Program-made: the position numbers and the translations under genes
Notes under the pieces: model-generated
Told to the model about the DNA's origin: nothing
The model's database searches: none
The model's input: only the letters and a program-made list of their open reading frames with translations
Shown here: positions 30,388 to 40,189 of the stretch, piece after piece
Layout of the letters: each line of letters opens with the position of its first letter
How positions within the stretch are numbered: the stretch's first letter is position 1
Assembly (NCBI GenBank): GCA_963662315.1
Contig: OY759353.1
Coordinates: 3,680,001 to 3,744,000 of the forward strand
Source of the DNA: Geopsychrobacteraceae bacterium
GTDB taxonomy: Bacteria; Desulfobacterota; Desulfuromonadia; Desulfuromonadales; Geopsychrobacteraceae
Direction: 5' to 3'
DNA: 64,000 nt

Positions 30388-30770
30388 ATCTTCTTTCCTC
30401 CTTCTGTCCACCATTCGCGTGAACGTCCAAGATCTACGTGCAAAAATGTTGAATAAAAACCAAACCCATGAAAGCCAACGTCACGGCAGGCCTGTAGAAG
30501 TTGCTCTTTGTCATGGTCGGCCAGGTTGATATCGAATGCGATCTGCTTATGTTGTGACAGTGGCGCGCCGCCGATTCTGGCGTTATGGATCGCGCATCGA
30601 TGCGCAGAATTGATCTGTATCGGTTTGCCGACCAAACGTCTCACTGCCTGGATATGATCAAAATGTTCAGGCAACAGAATCAACTCTCCACAACAGTGGC
30701 AGGCAAACTCCCCAGGGTGAAAGTTCGGCCACCTCGCGCAGTCCCAATTGATTTCTGAAAAATGATTCAC
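30366..30770 (-). CDS. endolysin, peptidase M15A-like Zn metallopeptidase
   Basis: EFACHCCG, INSAHRC..HN..IGG...SQH...AFDI, FLHVD motifs. Confidence 0.85.
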   Translation of the reverse strand: MNHFSEINWDCARWPNFHPGEFACHCCGELILLPEHFDHIQAVRRLVGKPIQINSAHRCAIHNARIGGAPLSQHKQIAFDINLADHDKEQLLQACRDVGFHGFGFYSTFLHVDLGRSREWWTEGGKKIWTGVRF

Positions 30771-33427
30771 TATCGACCTCCAAACGCTTCTTTAAGATCC
30801 GGAACTTTCGGTTGGTTTTCGTCAGGTGACCACCACCAGGACTGATTCTGTTGACGCTCGACCCGTCTCCGGACACGGCGCAGATATCCCGGGTTGGCTG
30901 CTTCCTGGGCGTGAAAGAATAAAGCATGATCAAGTGCTAGGCGCGTATACCAGAGATTCATCAGGGGAGTATAGTTCTTGATAAACTGGATAGTTTCTGC
31001 CGCCAACTTTGGATCTTTCCCTTCTGCTACCTGCTGAACATTTCCGACAGTTAGGCGTTTAAAATCTCCAGCGAATCCAACAACGGGACCAAGGAACGAT
31101 TCAGCTAGATCACCACCAAAGCGGTTAGCATCAGAGAACATGAAGTCTCCGAAGATCCCGAGCCCACCAGATTGCATAAATGCAGCTGCCATAAAACCAA
31201 GAGAATCCATGTCTCGTGGATTACGACCTTTGGCAAGTTCCTTTAATTGGATAGTCATTGCGCCAGCAATCGTTCCGATTAATAGAAATTCAGTAAAAGC
31301 TCTAGTCTTCCCAAGAGGCGCCCCCTCTCCACTTTTAACAACTCTTGGAATGGCTTTTGTTATCATCGCAATTGAAAAAGTTTTAAAGAAAGCAATACTT
31401 CTAACAATTTCACCGCTGATCTCCCCTTCGCTAGTTTTTCCTAAAAAGTAAGTCCGTGTTTTTGCATCAGGCTGCAAAATAGCAAAATCAGCTTCCTCCG
31501 CCATCATGGCGCCGACCTTCTCTGCAGCCGAGCGAACTTCAGCATAGGCCTTGGCGTCATATTCCCTGGGGACATATCTTGATACTGTGTGCGGGGTAAT
31601 CGTCTGTTCTCCTGCCAAAGTGACGGTTTCCGATGAGCGAATAATGTCCCACTCTTTTGCCGTGATTCCGTAACGGCGAATCATCTCGCCGAATTTTCCT
31701 GAAAGTTGATCAAAGGAAATATTTTTCGCGTCAGCCAAATGCCAGCCTATCGACACCTGAAAGGCCTGTTTCAGACTGTCTGTCCAATGCTGGGCACCAC
31801 TCCATTTCACAGTTGCGTTCGCCAGTTTACTGGTCCATCCTTGGCCATTTCCGGTATCTCCACCGTAACGTAGAGCAGCATCTCCGAGAACCATCTGGGC
31901 GAGAATCCCGTGTCTTCGGGCTGCCTTTCTATCGCTAGCATTAGCCGGATTAAATAGGCTTATGGCCGCGCGAATAGTTTTACCTGCCCCAAGGCCATCG
32001 GACTTGGCAATAGCTCGGAATGTCGCCAAGTCGTTAATTTGCAAAAACGGAAGCATGCCAAGCTTTGCACTGGCAATAAGGTTACGTAGTCCTTTAAATG
32101 ACCGTGACACCAAGTCATACTTTGCCAGGGAGTCAATTGCTGCCCGATCCTCGGGAGCTCCAATACTTTTTCCTGACAGTTCGTCGAAGATGAGTTGAGC
32201 CCGGTGACTTCCTTTTCTTCCGGCGCCCGGGTTGTCTTCGGCTTGCCTGGCCATGGCATGAGCCAGATCAGTTTTGAAGCCCATGGTCGGATTCGGACCA
32301 TAAGTCTCAAGCAGAGCGATGTCCTTTGCATGGCGAACTGCTTCGCCAGTAATGGCGCTGAAAAGATCCCGCGCTCCAAACTCACGATTGGATTCGACAA
32401 AAGACCTGGCGTCCTTGAACCAGATCTGGCGATGAGCCCCGAGCTGTTCAGCCAGGTTTCCACCTTCAGAAACAACATCACCGGTCAATCCATTACTGGC
32501 GATGGTCTGCCAGACATCGGACAACATCTCGCGCAATTTATCGTCGGCCATATCAAGACCGGTTTCCGGATCCGGATAACGACTGCGATCGATCCGTGGT
32601 AAGACGTAGTCAATCCAGCGCTGCCGAGCCCTTGTTTGATACGCTTTGCGTGTTGCTGCCGAGACGGCCATGCGCGCCTTTTCTCCCGCAGAAAGTCCGA
32701 ATAAACGAACACCGGAAGAATCCCAGACTTGAGGCATGTGCCCCTTTGTGTATTGGATATCAGCGCCAGCTTCATTTTTGCGTGTGTAGGCCGCGTCATC
32801 CATAAGCCGGTAGGCCATGGCAAGATCATCGACAGCATCCCACTTTACGCCCTTACCCGGGGGAGCCGTTTTCCGTTGAACTATGTCCTGGTCCATTAAA
32901 GCTTCAGCCAGCCTCACTTCCCGTTCAACCGGATCCATTCTGCGCCATTGTTCATCCTTGGCCAGGGCCTCAAGCGGTTCAGTCAGGTCAGCCAGATACT
33001 TTTCACGAATCGCCCGAATGCGCCCCTGGAGAGTTACCTCTCCGCGTGGATCCACGAGCATCGCTTCGATCGCCTTGACATCCCCACCGAGTTTGGCCAG
33101 CTGAACTTCACGGATCGCCTGTTTTTCAACCTGGAGCTCACGCCGACGAGCAACCTGTTTCTTTGCGTTCACCTTCTCTTGAAACGCTTCAACCGCGGCT
33201 TCCTGCATGAGAGTCTCCCGGCTCTTGCTACCGGATTCATCAGCAGAGTATTCGACCCCACCAGTCTGCTTTCGACCTGGACGATCAGGCCGCTTAAACG
33301 GGTTGGTCTTGGTTTTCGGGAATTTCTTTCCGAACCTGGCCTCAACCTCGTTGATGATCGCTTCGGCTTCTTTTCGGGTCAGGGATCCAGCGGCAGCCTT
33401 GAGAATATCGTCTATACACTTAGCCAT
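30770..33427 (-). CDS. large internal virion (ejection) protein
   Basis: 885 aa, helical; C-terminal QLKELAKGRNP...GGLGIFGDF...NLWY...PGYL pattern typical of podoviral DNA-ejection proteins. Confidence 0.75.
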   Translation of the reverse strand: MAKCIDDILKAAAGSLTRKEAEAIINEVEARFGKKFPKTKTNPFKRPDRPGRKQTGGVEYSADESGSKSRETLMQEAAVEAFQEKVNAKKQVARRRELQVEKQAIREVQLAKLGGDVKAIEAMLVDPRGEVTLQGRIRAIREKYLADLTEPLEALAKDEQWRRMDPVEREVRLAEALMDQDIVQRKTAPPGKGVKWDAVDDLAMAYRLMDDAAYTRKNEAGADIQYTKGHMPQVWDSSGVRLFGLSAGEKARMAVSAATRKAYQTRARQRWIDYVLPRIDRSRYPDPETGLDMADDKLREMLSDVWQTIASNGLTGDVVSEGGNLAEQLGAHRQIWFKDARSFVESNREFGARDLFSAITGEAVRHAKDIALLETYGPNPTMGFKTDLAHAMARQAEDNPGAGRKGSHRAQLIFDELSGKSIGAPEDRAAIDSLAKYDLVSRSFKGLRNLIASAKLGMLPFLQINDLATFRAIAKSDGLGAGKTIRAAISLFNPANASDRKAARRHGILAQMVLGDAALRYGGDTGNGQGWTSKLANATVKWSGAQHWTDSLKQAFQVSIGWHLADAKNISFDQLSGKFGEMIRRYGITAKEWDIIRSSETVTLAGEQTITPHTVSRYVPREYDAKAYAEVRSAAEKVGAMMAEEADFAILQPDAKTRTYFLGKTSEGEISGEIVRSIAFFKTFSIAMITKAIPRVVKSGEGAPLGKTRAFTEFLLIGTIAGAMTIQLKELAKGRNPRDMDSLGFMAAAFMQSGGLGIFGDFMFSDANRFGGDLAESFLGPVVGFAGDFKRLTVGNVQQVAEGKDPKLAAETIQFIKNYTPLMNLWYTRLALDHALFFHAQEAANPGYLRRVRRRVERQQNQSWWWSPDENQPKVPDLKEAFGGR

Positions 33428-33433
33428 AATTTC

Positions 33434-36400
33434 CTATCCAAGGTTCAGGCACAGGGCCGCTCTGTTATAGAGGTGTTCCTGCGCTTCTGCTTTCGCCAGG
33501 TCAGCCCTGGCCTCATTGATATATTCTCGGGCACTTCGCTTCAGTGGATTCCCCTCGGAATCAGCTCCCGAATAAACTTCAAAATCGCCCTGTTCCTTCA
33601 GATAGAAATCTGCCGGAGAGTCATACCCGCTTTGTTCTCCCTGGGGACGTTCAACCTCGCCAATAATTTTCACCGTGTCGCCCAGGTCAAGGGATTGACG
33701 ATTGTCGAGATAAAGCGTTCCGTCCCGCTCACCAACAACAACCCTCTGACCCAGATCAGGAGTCGCAAAGCGATCACCAATCTTGAGGTCCTGGACATCG
33801 ATCTCCCTGGCCATGGCCTGAGCCTGGTCGGCGATCGATTCAAGAGCGGCTATGACCATTTCCTGTTGACCGGCCGTTAACCTGGCAAAGTCACCCCGGG
33901 CCGCCTTGCGTAGCGCATTGACAACAGAAGCTTTCTTCATTGCGGATCCTGATCCGCTCATCTCGCGGTTCTTCTGCAGATACCAATCGGCCGCATCGGA
34001 AATCATCGCCTCGAGGACATGACCATCAGCCACCATGTTTTCAGCTTTGGATACTTCAAGAGCTGCAGCCTCGGTTTCAAGCAGATCGGCCAGGGATCTG
34101 GACACATTCTCCGGAGAGTTCAGGAATCCATAAACAGCATCATTAGTTGACCTAGCCATCAGCGCATCGATGAAGACAGAGCCCGGATCTACGTCTTCCG
34201 CAACCTCGGCGAGCTCGCGCAGGTCCTGCTGCATTTCATCACCAACGGTCTTCATGTTTTCCCGGGCAACACGAACGTCGTCTGATACACTTTTCTTCAA
34301 TTTTTCCGAGAAGAGCATCCGGTCGAATACAGTCTTGACCTGGGGGGACAGGTTCACATCGATGGCCGTTCCGCTGATCCGTTTGTAAACCTCAAGCAAC
34401 CATGTCTTAAACTTGTCAAAGACACCCTGCATCTCTTTGGACGGGGCCATCCCTTCCACCAGGTAGCGTTCGAAGGTTCGCGCGAACAGCTCTTCGTCAG
34501 CCCGTTCCCATTTACTCCCCGGGACCTTTGACAACAGCCATTGATCAATCTGGTTCTGTTCGCCTTTGGGTAGCGTTTTGCGGAAGATGTGCCCGACCTC
34601 GTGAACCAAGGTGGAAAAGTCTGGGGATTCTAGGGCGTGAATCATGGCGCGGCCATCAGCCAGGAAGGAGACGGCGCCTTTTTCGCCCTGGAACAGCGGA
34701 GTCCCTTCATAGAGAAGTGAATCACGCATAGCATCTGTGATCTTCAGGGTGTGAACACGACCGGCGTCGGAAAGTTCGATATCGGAAACTCTCGTTCCGA
34801 ACTTCTTTCCAAATTTATCCAGATAGGAAGTCAGGATCTTGTCATAGAATCCGCGCATTCCTTCGCCGCCGATCTTCAGGTCCTGACCTTCAAACAGTTG
34901 ATAGTTCTTTCCAGACTTGCGGCTTTCGATCATCTTGCCGGCCAGATCCTTGCCAAGGGCGTCCTCAAGGTTTCCCTCCGGAAAGGATCCAAACGACTTA
35001 ATCTCTCCATCGACACCCTGACCGGTTATGCGGTACTGGCCATTCTCAAAATCGTAACGAACCGTTTTGAGCTGTTTACTTAAATCATAACGGGCCGCCT
35101 GCTGTTCTCCCGTTGTCAGAGTCAGGCGATCAAAACCGTTTTCAGCAGCCCAGCGGAGAAGGCGCCGCAAGGCAAGTTCCTGCCAGTTCTTCTTGAACGG
35201 CGCATCAGGAACGGATCCACCTTCAGACTGATATCCCTTGCTGCGGCCGGCCTGATGCCAGTCACTCTGGATTTCCTCGACATGGAGAATTCGTTCGCCA
35301 TTTTCTCCGGTGCGCTCATTGAATCGCATGTGAGCCAGGATGTTTTTTTCGTCAAAATGTCCAGATCTGAAATTAGCAGTGTCACGCCCTTCATAGCCAA
35401 GAGCTTCATACTCTCCATTAAACAACCTTCGCGCGTAATTGATTAATTCTTGATCTTTATATAACTGTCCATGACCCCCAGAATCATCAAAACGACCCAG
35501 AGACTGACCATCATAAATAAGATCTACATAGCTCTGAGTATGAGATTCTGATATCCGTTTGATTTCTAGTTTTTCCGGAGTGAAACCGGAATCGCGACCC
35601 GGCAAAGTCAACAAAAGCTCCCGATAATTCTCCCCACCAGGTAAAACGTATGACTGATATCTGGTTCGTTCCGGAGACACCTCATCGATACGAACCTGGT
35701 TCTCCTGCAGGAAATCTCTCACCTGTTCCCGGGTTACTTTTTTATTGCCGGCCAGGAACTCATCAAGCCCTGTCCACACCAGTTCTTCACCCTTAACGCC
35801 TGGTGTTTTCTTCAACTTGCCAAGCAGCTGATCACCACTCCATTTGTCCTGCTGCAGGCCTTCGACTTCGGCCAGGACTTTGGAGAAAAACGGCTGAACG
35901 ATGGATCTGTCCTGGAACAGCATCTCGGCATTCTGCGGAAGCCCTTCCTGGATCCCGGCAATGTTCCTGGAAATAAACTCATCAACACTCTGGCCCAAAA
36001 CCTTGGCCCTGGCAGCAATCAAAGCCAGGGTTGCATCAGCCTGATTTTCGGTAATCCCGAAAACCTTCTGCATGTCCGATCGGAACAGATCAGCCGTATA
36101 ACTCGGTTCGGCCTCAACCTGGGAATTGACTTCCCGCAACTGTTCGGAAACATCGACCGGTTTTCCTTCAGCCAGGTCTTGAGTGGCCTTGTCCATGGCT
36201 GAACTATGAGCCTTCTGAGTCTTGCGATCCCCGGATTCAAACGGTGAAAGTTCGTCCTTCTGATTCTTCACATCAACAACATCAATAGAATCGATAACCT
36301 GCTGAGGAGCCTTTGAACGCCAGCGTGCTAATTGCTCCATCCCACCAAAAACCGCACCAAGTATAAGATCAACGCTGCGTGTGGTTGGATCGAACGGATC

Positions 36401-37036
36401 GAAGTAGGCTGCCTGATCATCATAACCACGGCTTTCAAGTAGTTGTTTAGTCAAAGCATCTTGCCCAGCACCAAGAACGGGATTAGCAAGAATTAAAGGA
36501 ATCGTCTGTTTTAGAGTGTTCCCTGCAGCCGGCATTGCCAGCATTCCACCCATAGTCACACCTGCACCAATACCTTCAATCGTTGCAGTTGTTGCATCAA
36601 CACCTTGGTCAAGAAGTCCTTTTCCTCCTTGAATAGATGCATTAAGTCCTATCCCCGTTCCTCCAGTTACCAATTGCAGAGGAAGCTCAAATAAAGCACT
36701 CGTTATTTGTCCAGCCGTCGTCAGACTTTCCGGATCAGGAGTCAATTTATCAATCAAAGGTTGAAGACGTTCATCTGCAAACCGAAAGAAATCTTCTGCC
36801 GTTGGGATCGGCATTTGCCTAGCCCGCTCGTCTGGCGTCATCTGTTGACGCTCGTAAAATGTCTCGTCCATCTCGCGGATAGGATTGAGTGATCCTGCAA
36901 TGATCGCTGCAGTCTGCGCAAGACGTAAGCCACCCCTTGGAATAGCTGACAGTCCTGCCTCAAGAGCTGTCGTTGGTACACCACGGAAAGGCTCAAAGGT
37001 AGGACTGTTATCCATTTCATTATGTAGATCGAACAT
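33434..37036 (-). CDS. internal virion / large polyvalent protein with zincin HExxH motif
   Basis: 1200 aa in the ejection cluster; YVLPGGENYRELLL...EEIQSDWHQ...PDAPF domain; STLVHEVGH motif. Confidence 0.7.
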   Translation of the reverse strand: MFDLHNEMDNSPTFEPFRGVPTTALEAGLSAIPRGGLRLAQTAAIIAGSLNPIREMDETFYERQQMTPDERARQMPIPTAEDFFRFADERLQPLIDKLTPDPESLTTAGQITSALFELPLQLVTGGTGIGLNASIQGGKGLLDQGVDATTATIEGIGAGVTMGGMLAMPAAGNTLKQTIPLILANPVLGAGQDALTKQLLESRGYDDQAAYFDPFDPTTRSVDLILGAVFGGMEQLARWRSKAPQQVIDSIDVVDVKNQKDELSPFESGDRKTQKAHSSAMDKATQDLAEGKPVDVSEQLREVNSQVEAEPSYTADLFRSDMQKVFGITENQADATLALIAARAKVLGQSVDEFISRNIAGIQEGLPQNAEMLFQDRSIVQPFFSKVLAEVEGLQQDKWSGDQLLGKLKKTPGVKGEELVWTGLDEFLAGNKKVTREQVRDFLQENQVRIDEVSPERTRYQSYVLPGGENYRELLLTLPGRDSGFTPEKLEIKRISESHTQSYVDLIYDGQSLGRFDDSGGHGQLYKDQELINYARRLFNGEYEALGYEGRDTANFRSGHFDEKNILAHMRFNERTGENGERILHVEEIQSDWHQAGRSKGYQSEGGSVPDAPFKKNWQELALRRLLRWAAENGFDRLTLTTGEQQAARYDLSKQLKTVRYDFENGQYRITGQGVDGEIKSFGSFPEGNLEDALGKDLAGKMIESRKSGKNYQLFEGQDLKIGGEGMRGFYDKILTSYLDKFGKKFGTRVSDIELSDAGRVHTLKITDAMRDSLLYEGTPLFQGEKGAVSFLADGRAMIHALESPDFSTLVHEVGHIFRKTLPKGEQNQIDQWLLSKVPGSKWERADEELFARTFERYLVEGMAPSKEMQGVFDKFKTWLLEVYKRISGTAIDVNLSPQVKTVFDRMLFSEKLKKSVSDDVRVARENMKTVGDEMQQDLRELAEVAEDVDPGSVFIDALMARSTNDAVYGFLNSPENVSRSLADLLETEAAALEVSKAENMVADGHVLEAMISDAADWYLQKNREMSGSGSAMKKASVVNALRKAARGDFARLTAGQQEMVIAALESIADQAQAMAREIDVQDLKIGDRFATPDLGQRVVVGERDGTLYLDNRQSLDLGDTVKIIGEVERPQGEQSGYDSPADFYLKEQGDFEVYSGADSEGNPLKRSAREYINEARADLAKAEAQEHLYNRAALCLNLG

Positions 37037-37044
37037 GACTCTCC

Positions 37045-38982
37045 TTAAAAAGAAGGGGTTCCATAAGGAGCAGTAAAGTCGATTACAAACTTTTCGCCGT
37101 TCTCCTTCTGTAAGAATTTTCCATCAAGAAGAACCCAATACTGTCCATCTCCAGCTTCGTAAAGTTGACCGTCTTCCCTGATATATTCAGCAACATCTTC
37201 AGCAGAAGAATATCCGGTTATCCCTCCACCACTTGTGATACGCTCAGCGTCAATTCGTCTAAATACATCAAGAAATTGATATTCCGTCATACCATTAGGC
37301 AACATCACTTTTTTATCATTGATCTCAATCGGTTCTTGACCTACTACAAGCGAAAGGGCCTCAGAAAAGGTTCCATCGTTAAAGGAATCGGTAGGAACTT
37401 CACGACTGGAAAGAATTGACAAATAAGCAAATCTGACGGCATTGAAATAATCTCTACGCAGTTGTGGCGATGCGGTTAAAGCCCCTCCCATCCATTTTTC
37501 AAAATCAGATCGCATTTCATCTGTTGTTGCTTTTGATAATTGAACAGCCTTTGTCTCAACCAGCTGCCGTCCTTCGGCTACTCGTTCGGCAGCTTCCCCA
37601 CGCCCGGCAGCAGTCAAGCCCATGACCATGCCAAGTTCAGGATCTTTCAAGGCGATCTGACTGGCCATTTTCTGAACACTCTGTTTTCCTAGCCCTTGCT
37701 GAAGCATATTGATTGTTCCGACCTGGGCTTCAGGGGCCTGAGTCTTGAACATTCCCGCCAGGCCTGCAGCCTCTTCATTGGTCAAAACCGGGATGTAGTT
37801 CAGCCCATGCTCCCGCATGATCATCCCGCCAACCTGACCACGAGCTGCCAGCTGCTCCGCCCATGACGTTGGATCATCAACCGACAAAGGCGGGACATCA
37901 AGGCCCATCTGGGCCGCACCGTATTTGAGCGGATCCTCTTTGACCTTGTCCGTGACATAACCGATCGACCCGGTATTTTTGCGCACCTCCCGGGCTTTAG
38001 CTTCGTATTCCGTGCCGGCCACGGTTTTCCAGAAGGCGGCTTCCTCTTTCGGCTGGATAGCGAACAGGCCTTCGCGCAAATTTTTGTATTGTTTAAAAGC
38101 TTCTTTTGCCAAACGATCTATTTCCGAATCACTTTCCTTTTTCCGCCTGGCCGCTTCAGCATCCTGGGCAGCGATCGCACTCCTGGCCGCGCGGATATAA
38201 GCCTGGCGTGTTTTCGGTGCCAGATCTCCATAATTGGAATAGTTCCCGTCCTGCTCGGCCCTTAAGTCAGTGAGGACCTGGCGTGGATCCTCAGAGTTGA
38301 GTCGGTCCTCGATCTCTGCCCCGGTAGCTTCTTCAGCCATGCGAGCAATCTCTGCAGCTTTGGACGTATCACTGTAACCTTCCGCTTCCCAATCGAACGC
38401 ATCAGGATCTTTGAGGATCTGAAGCTTTTCAGCCAGGGGCCTGGCACTGTTCACCAGTTGTTCCCGGGCTGTCTGTCCAGCCGCTTTGATGGAATCCTGG
38501 ATATCCTTTTCGATATAGGTGTCCAAGGATCTCAGCGCGGAATAGTGATGATTGTCGAAGGTCGGTGTAAAGGCGTAGCGATACTCTTCCGGCACCTGGG
38601 CGGAAAACGCCCCGCGGATCCGGTCTGACTGCTGCATAAACTCATCACGTTTCTGATCCGGAGTGAGGTCCTGGTTCTCGGCGATTTTCTTGACAGTACT
38701 GTCGAGTTCATTCTGGTGAGCGAACATGGCGCTTCTCGCTTCGCTCTCAGCCCGCAACCGTTCAAGGCGTTCCTGTTCAGCTTTGCGCTCGTTGGCTTCC
38801 TGCAGCTCGACCATGCCACGACGATGGATCTCATCAAGGCCAGCATCCGCGATCGTTTCACCCAGGCGATAAGCCGAAGAGGAAATCATTCGACCAGGAA
38901 CCGGATCCGCTTTTGAAACAGCCTGCAGCTTCGGAACCTTTTGTCCCAAACCTCCATCAAAATATGCGTCAGGAATTTTCAC
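37045..38982 (-). CDS. internal virion (ejection) protein
   Basis: GTG start with AAGGAG RBS; long helical/coiled-coil protein in the ejection cluster. Confidence 0.65.
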   Translation of the reverse strand: MKIPDAYFDGGLGQKVPKLQAVSKADPVPGRMISSSAYRLGETIADAGLDEIHRRGMVELQEANERKAEQERLERLRAESEARSAMFAHQNELDSTVKKIAENQDLTPDQKRDEFMQQSDRIRGAFSAQVPEEYRYAFTPTFDNHHYSALRSLDTYIEKDIQDSIKAAGQTAREQLVNSARPLAEKLQILKDPDAFDWEAEGYSDTSKAAEIARMAEEATGAEIEDRLNSEDPRQVLTDLRAEQDGNYSNYGDLAPKTRQAYIRAARSAIAAQDAEAARRKKESDSEIDRLAKEAFKQYKNLREGLFAIQPKEEAAFWKTVAGTEYEAKAREVRKNTGSIGYVTDKVKEDPLKYGAAQMGLDVPPLSVDDPTSWAEQLAARGQVGGMIMREHGLNYIPVLTNEEAAGLAGMFKTQAPEAQVGTINMLQQGLGKQSVQKMASQIALKDPELGMVMGLTAAGRGEAAERVAEGRQLVETKAVQLSKATTDEMRSDFEKWMGGALTASPQLRRDYFNAVRFAYLSILSSREVPTDSFNDGTFSEALSLVVGQEPIEINDKKVMLPNGMTEYQFLDVFRRIDAERITSGGGITGYSSAEDVAEYIREDGQLYEAGDGQYWVLLDGKFLQKENGEKFVIDFTAPYGTPSF

Positions 38983-38984
38983 GC

Positions 38985-39320
38985 TTAACTCCTTGTTACG
39001 AACCAGACAATTACACCGGAAATAACCCCACCAACACATCCAGTTGCAGAGCCGAAGAAAAGCCACCAGGCTTTTCCGGCTGCTTTACCTGGAGCCAATT
39101 CAAGGCATCTGACCCGACGAAATAACTCGTTTATCGACTGTTCATTGCGCTTCTGATCTTCATGGAGATGCTTATTATCCGTCATGACCGTTGAAATACT
39201 GCTCAACGTGATGTTCAGCTTTTCAACGGCCTTGGATAAAGAAGACAGAATTTCATCCTGGATCTTGATCCGCTCGTCATGTCTGGCGATATCGCCTTCT
39301 TTTCTGCATGGGTCAGACAT
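38985..39320 (-). CDS. coiled-coil protein with C-terminal TM helix (possibly lysis-related)
   Basis: Heptad-like region followed by AWWLFFG...VIVWFV. Confidence 0.55.
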   Translation of the reverse strand: MSDPCRKEGDIARHDERIKIQDEILSSLSKAVEKLNITLSSISTVMTDNKHLHEDQKRNEQSINELFRRVRCLELAPGKAAGKAWWLFFGSATGCVGGVISGVIVWFVTRS

Positions 39321-39331
39321 GGTTTTCACCC

Positions 39332-39850
39332 TCACAATCCGGAGTTATTGCCATTCAGGAGTGAATAGCGCGGCGTTGAACTGGTTCTGTTGGCCAAAAC
39401 TGAAGGCGCTTTTGCCTTCTGGTAAGAGGCATAACCGCTAACAGCTGTGCTGGTCGCATCAAGAGCACCACTGACCAGGGCCGCTTTGCCACGGTTACCG
39501 GCCACCTTTGCTTCCATATCATAAAGAAGAGCCTGGTTCGATCCGGTCTTAAGGGTTGCAAGAGCATCTTGTTCTGTCAGCTTCTTGGTTTCCTGCTGTA
39601 GTGCATCTCCGGTTCCTTCATCGATCTTAACGCCACTTGCTGCGAGCGCGGCCCGTTGGCTGGCGATCAGGCGCCGGCCACGGTCACGAATGTTCGATGC
39701 TTCCGAAGCGGCCTGTTCCTTGGCTATTTCAGCCTGCTTCTCTGCGGCCCGCTTGGCGTCTCTTTGCGCTTCATAAGCACTGACTCCACCATAAACTGCT
39801 GCAGCGGCCGCAATGACTTTTCCAACCAATAAGACTGTTCCAGTTCCCAT
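39332..39850 (-). CDS. small internal virion/ejection protein (T7 gp14-like position)
   Basis: Ala-rich, with QRAALAASGV motif; follows the GNAT-like gene. Confidence 0.7.
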   Translation of the reverse strand: MGTGTVLLVGKVIAAAAAVYGGVSAYEAQRDAKRAAEKQAEIAKEQAASEASNIRDRGRRLIASQRAALAASGVKIDEGTGDALQQETKKLTEQDALATLKTGSNQALLYDMEAKVAGNRGKAALVSGALDATSTAVSGYASYQKAKAPSVLANRTSSTPRYSLLNGNNSGL

Positions 39851-39853
39851 CTC

Positions 39854-40189
39854 TTAAGCCTCCATCACAGCAAAGTTCACTAGGGTTCCATTAGCCTCAC
39901 ACTCTCCAAACTTCTCGAACCCCATGGCCTTCCAGTAGCGGCCCAATTTGGAATCATAATTGTCACTTGAAGCAATCATCAAAAAGACACCTGCATCGCG
40001 CAGATCCTGCCGAACCCTGGCCCAGAATTCGACCATGGCCAGCCAGACATCTTTTCCAAAGTGAAAAACTTTGTGGTGCAGCATGGCGTTATCACCGTGG
40101 ATCTCAACATGAAGTTCAGCAATGATCTGGTCACCGTCCATCATTCGATAAAGCCAGTCATCCTTTTCCAACGTGAAATTATCCGACAT
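39854..40189 (-). CDS. GNAT-like tail assembly protein (T7 gp13-like position)
   Basis: RYWKAMGFE C-terminal GNAT-like motif; directly after the nozzle gene. Confidence 0.55.
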   Translation of the reverse strand: MSDNFTLEKDDWLYRMMDGDQIIAELHVEIHGDNAMLHHKVFHFGKDVWLAMVEFWARVRQDLRDAGVFLMIASSDNYDSKLGRYWKAMGFEKFGECEANGTLVNFAVMEA

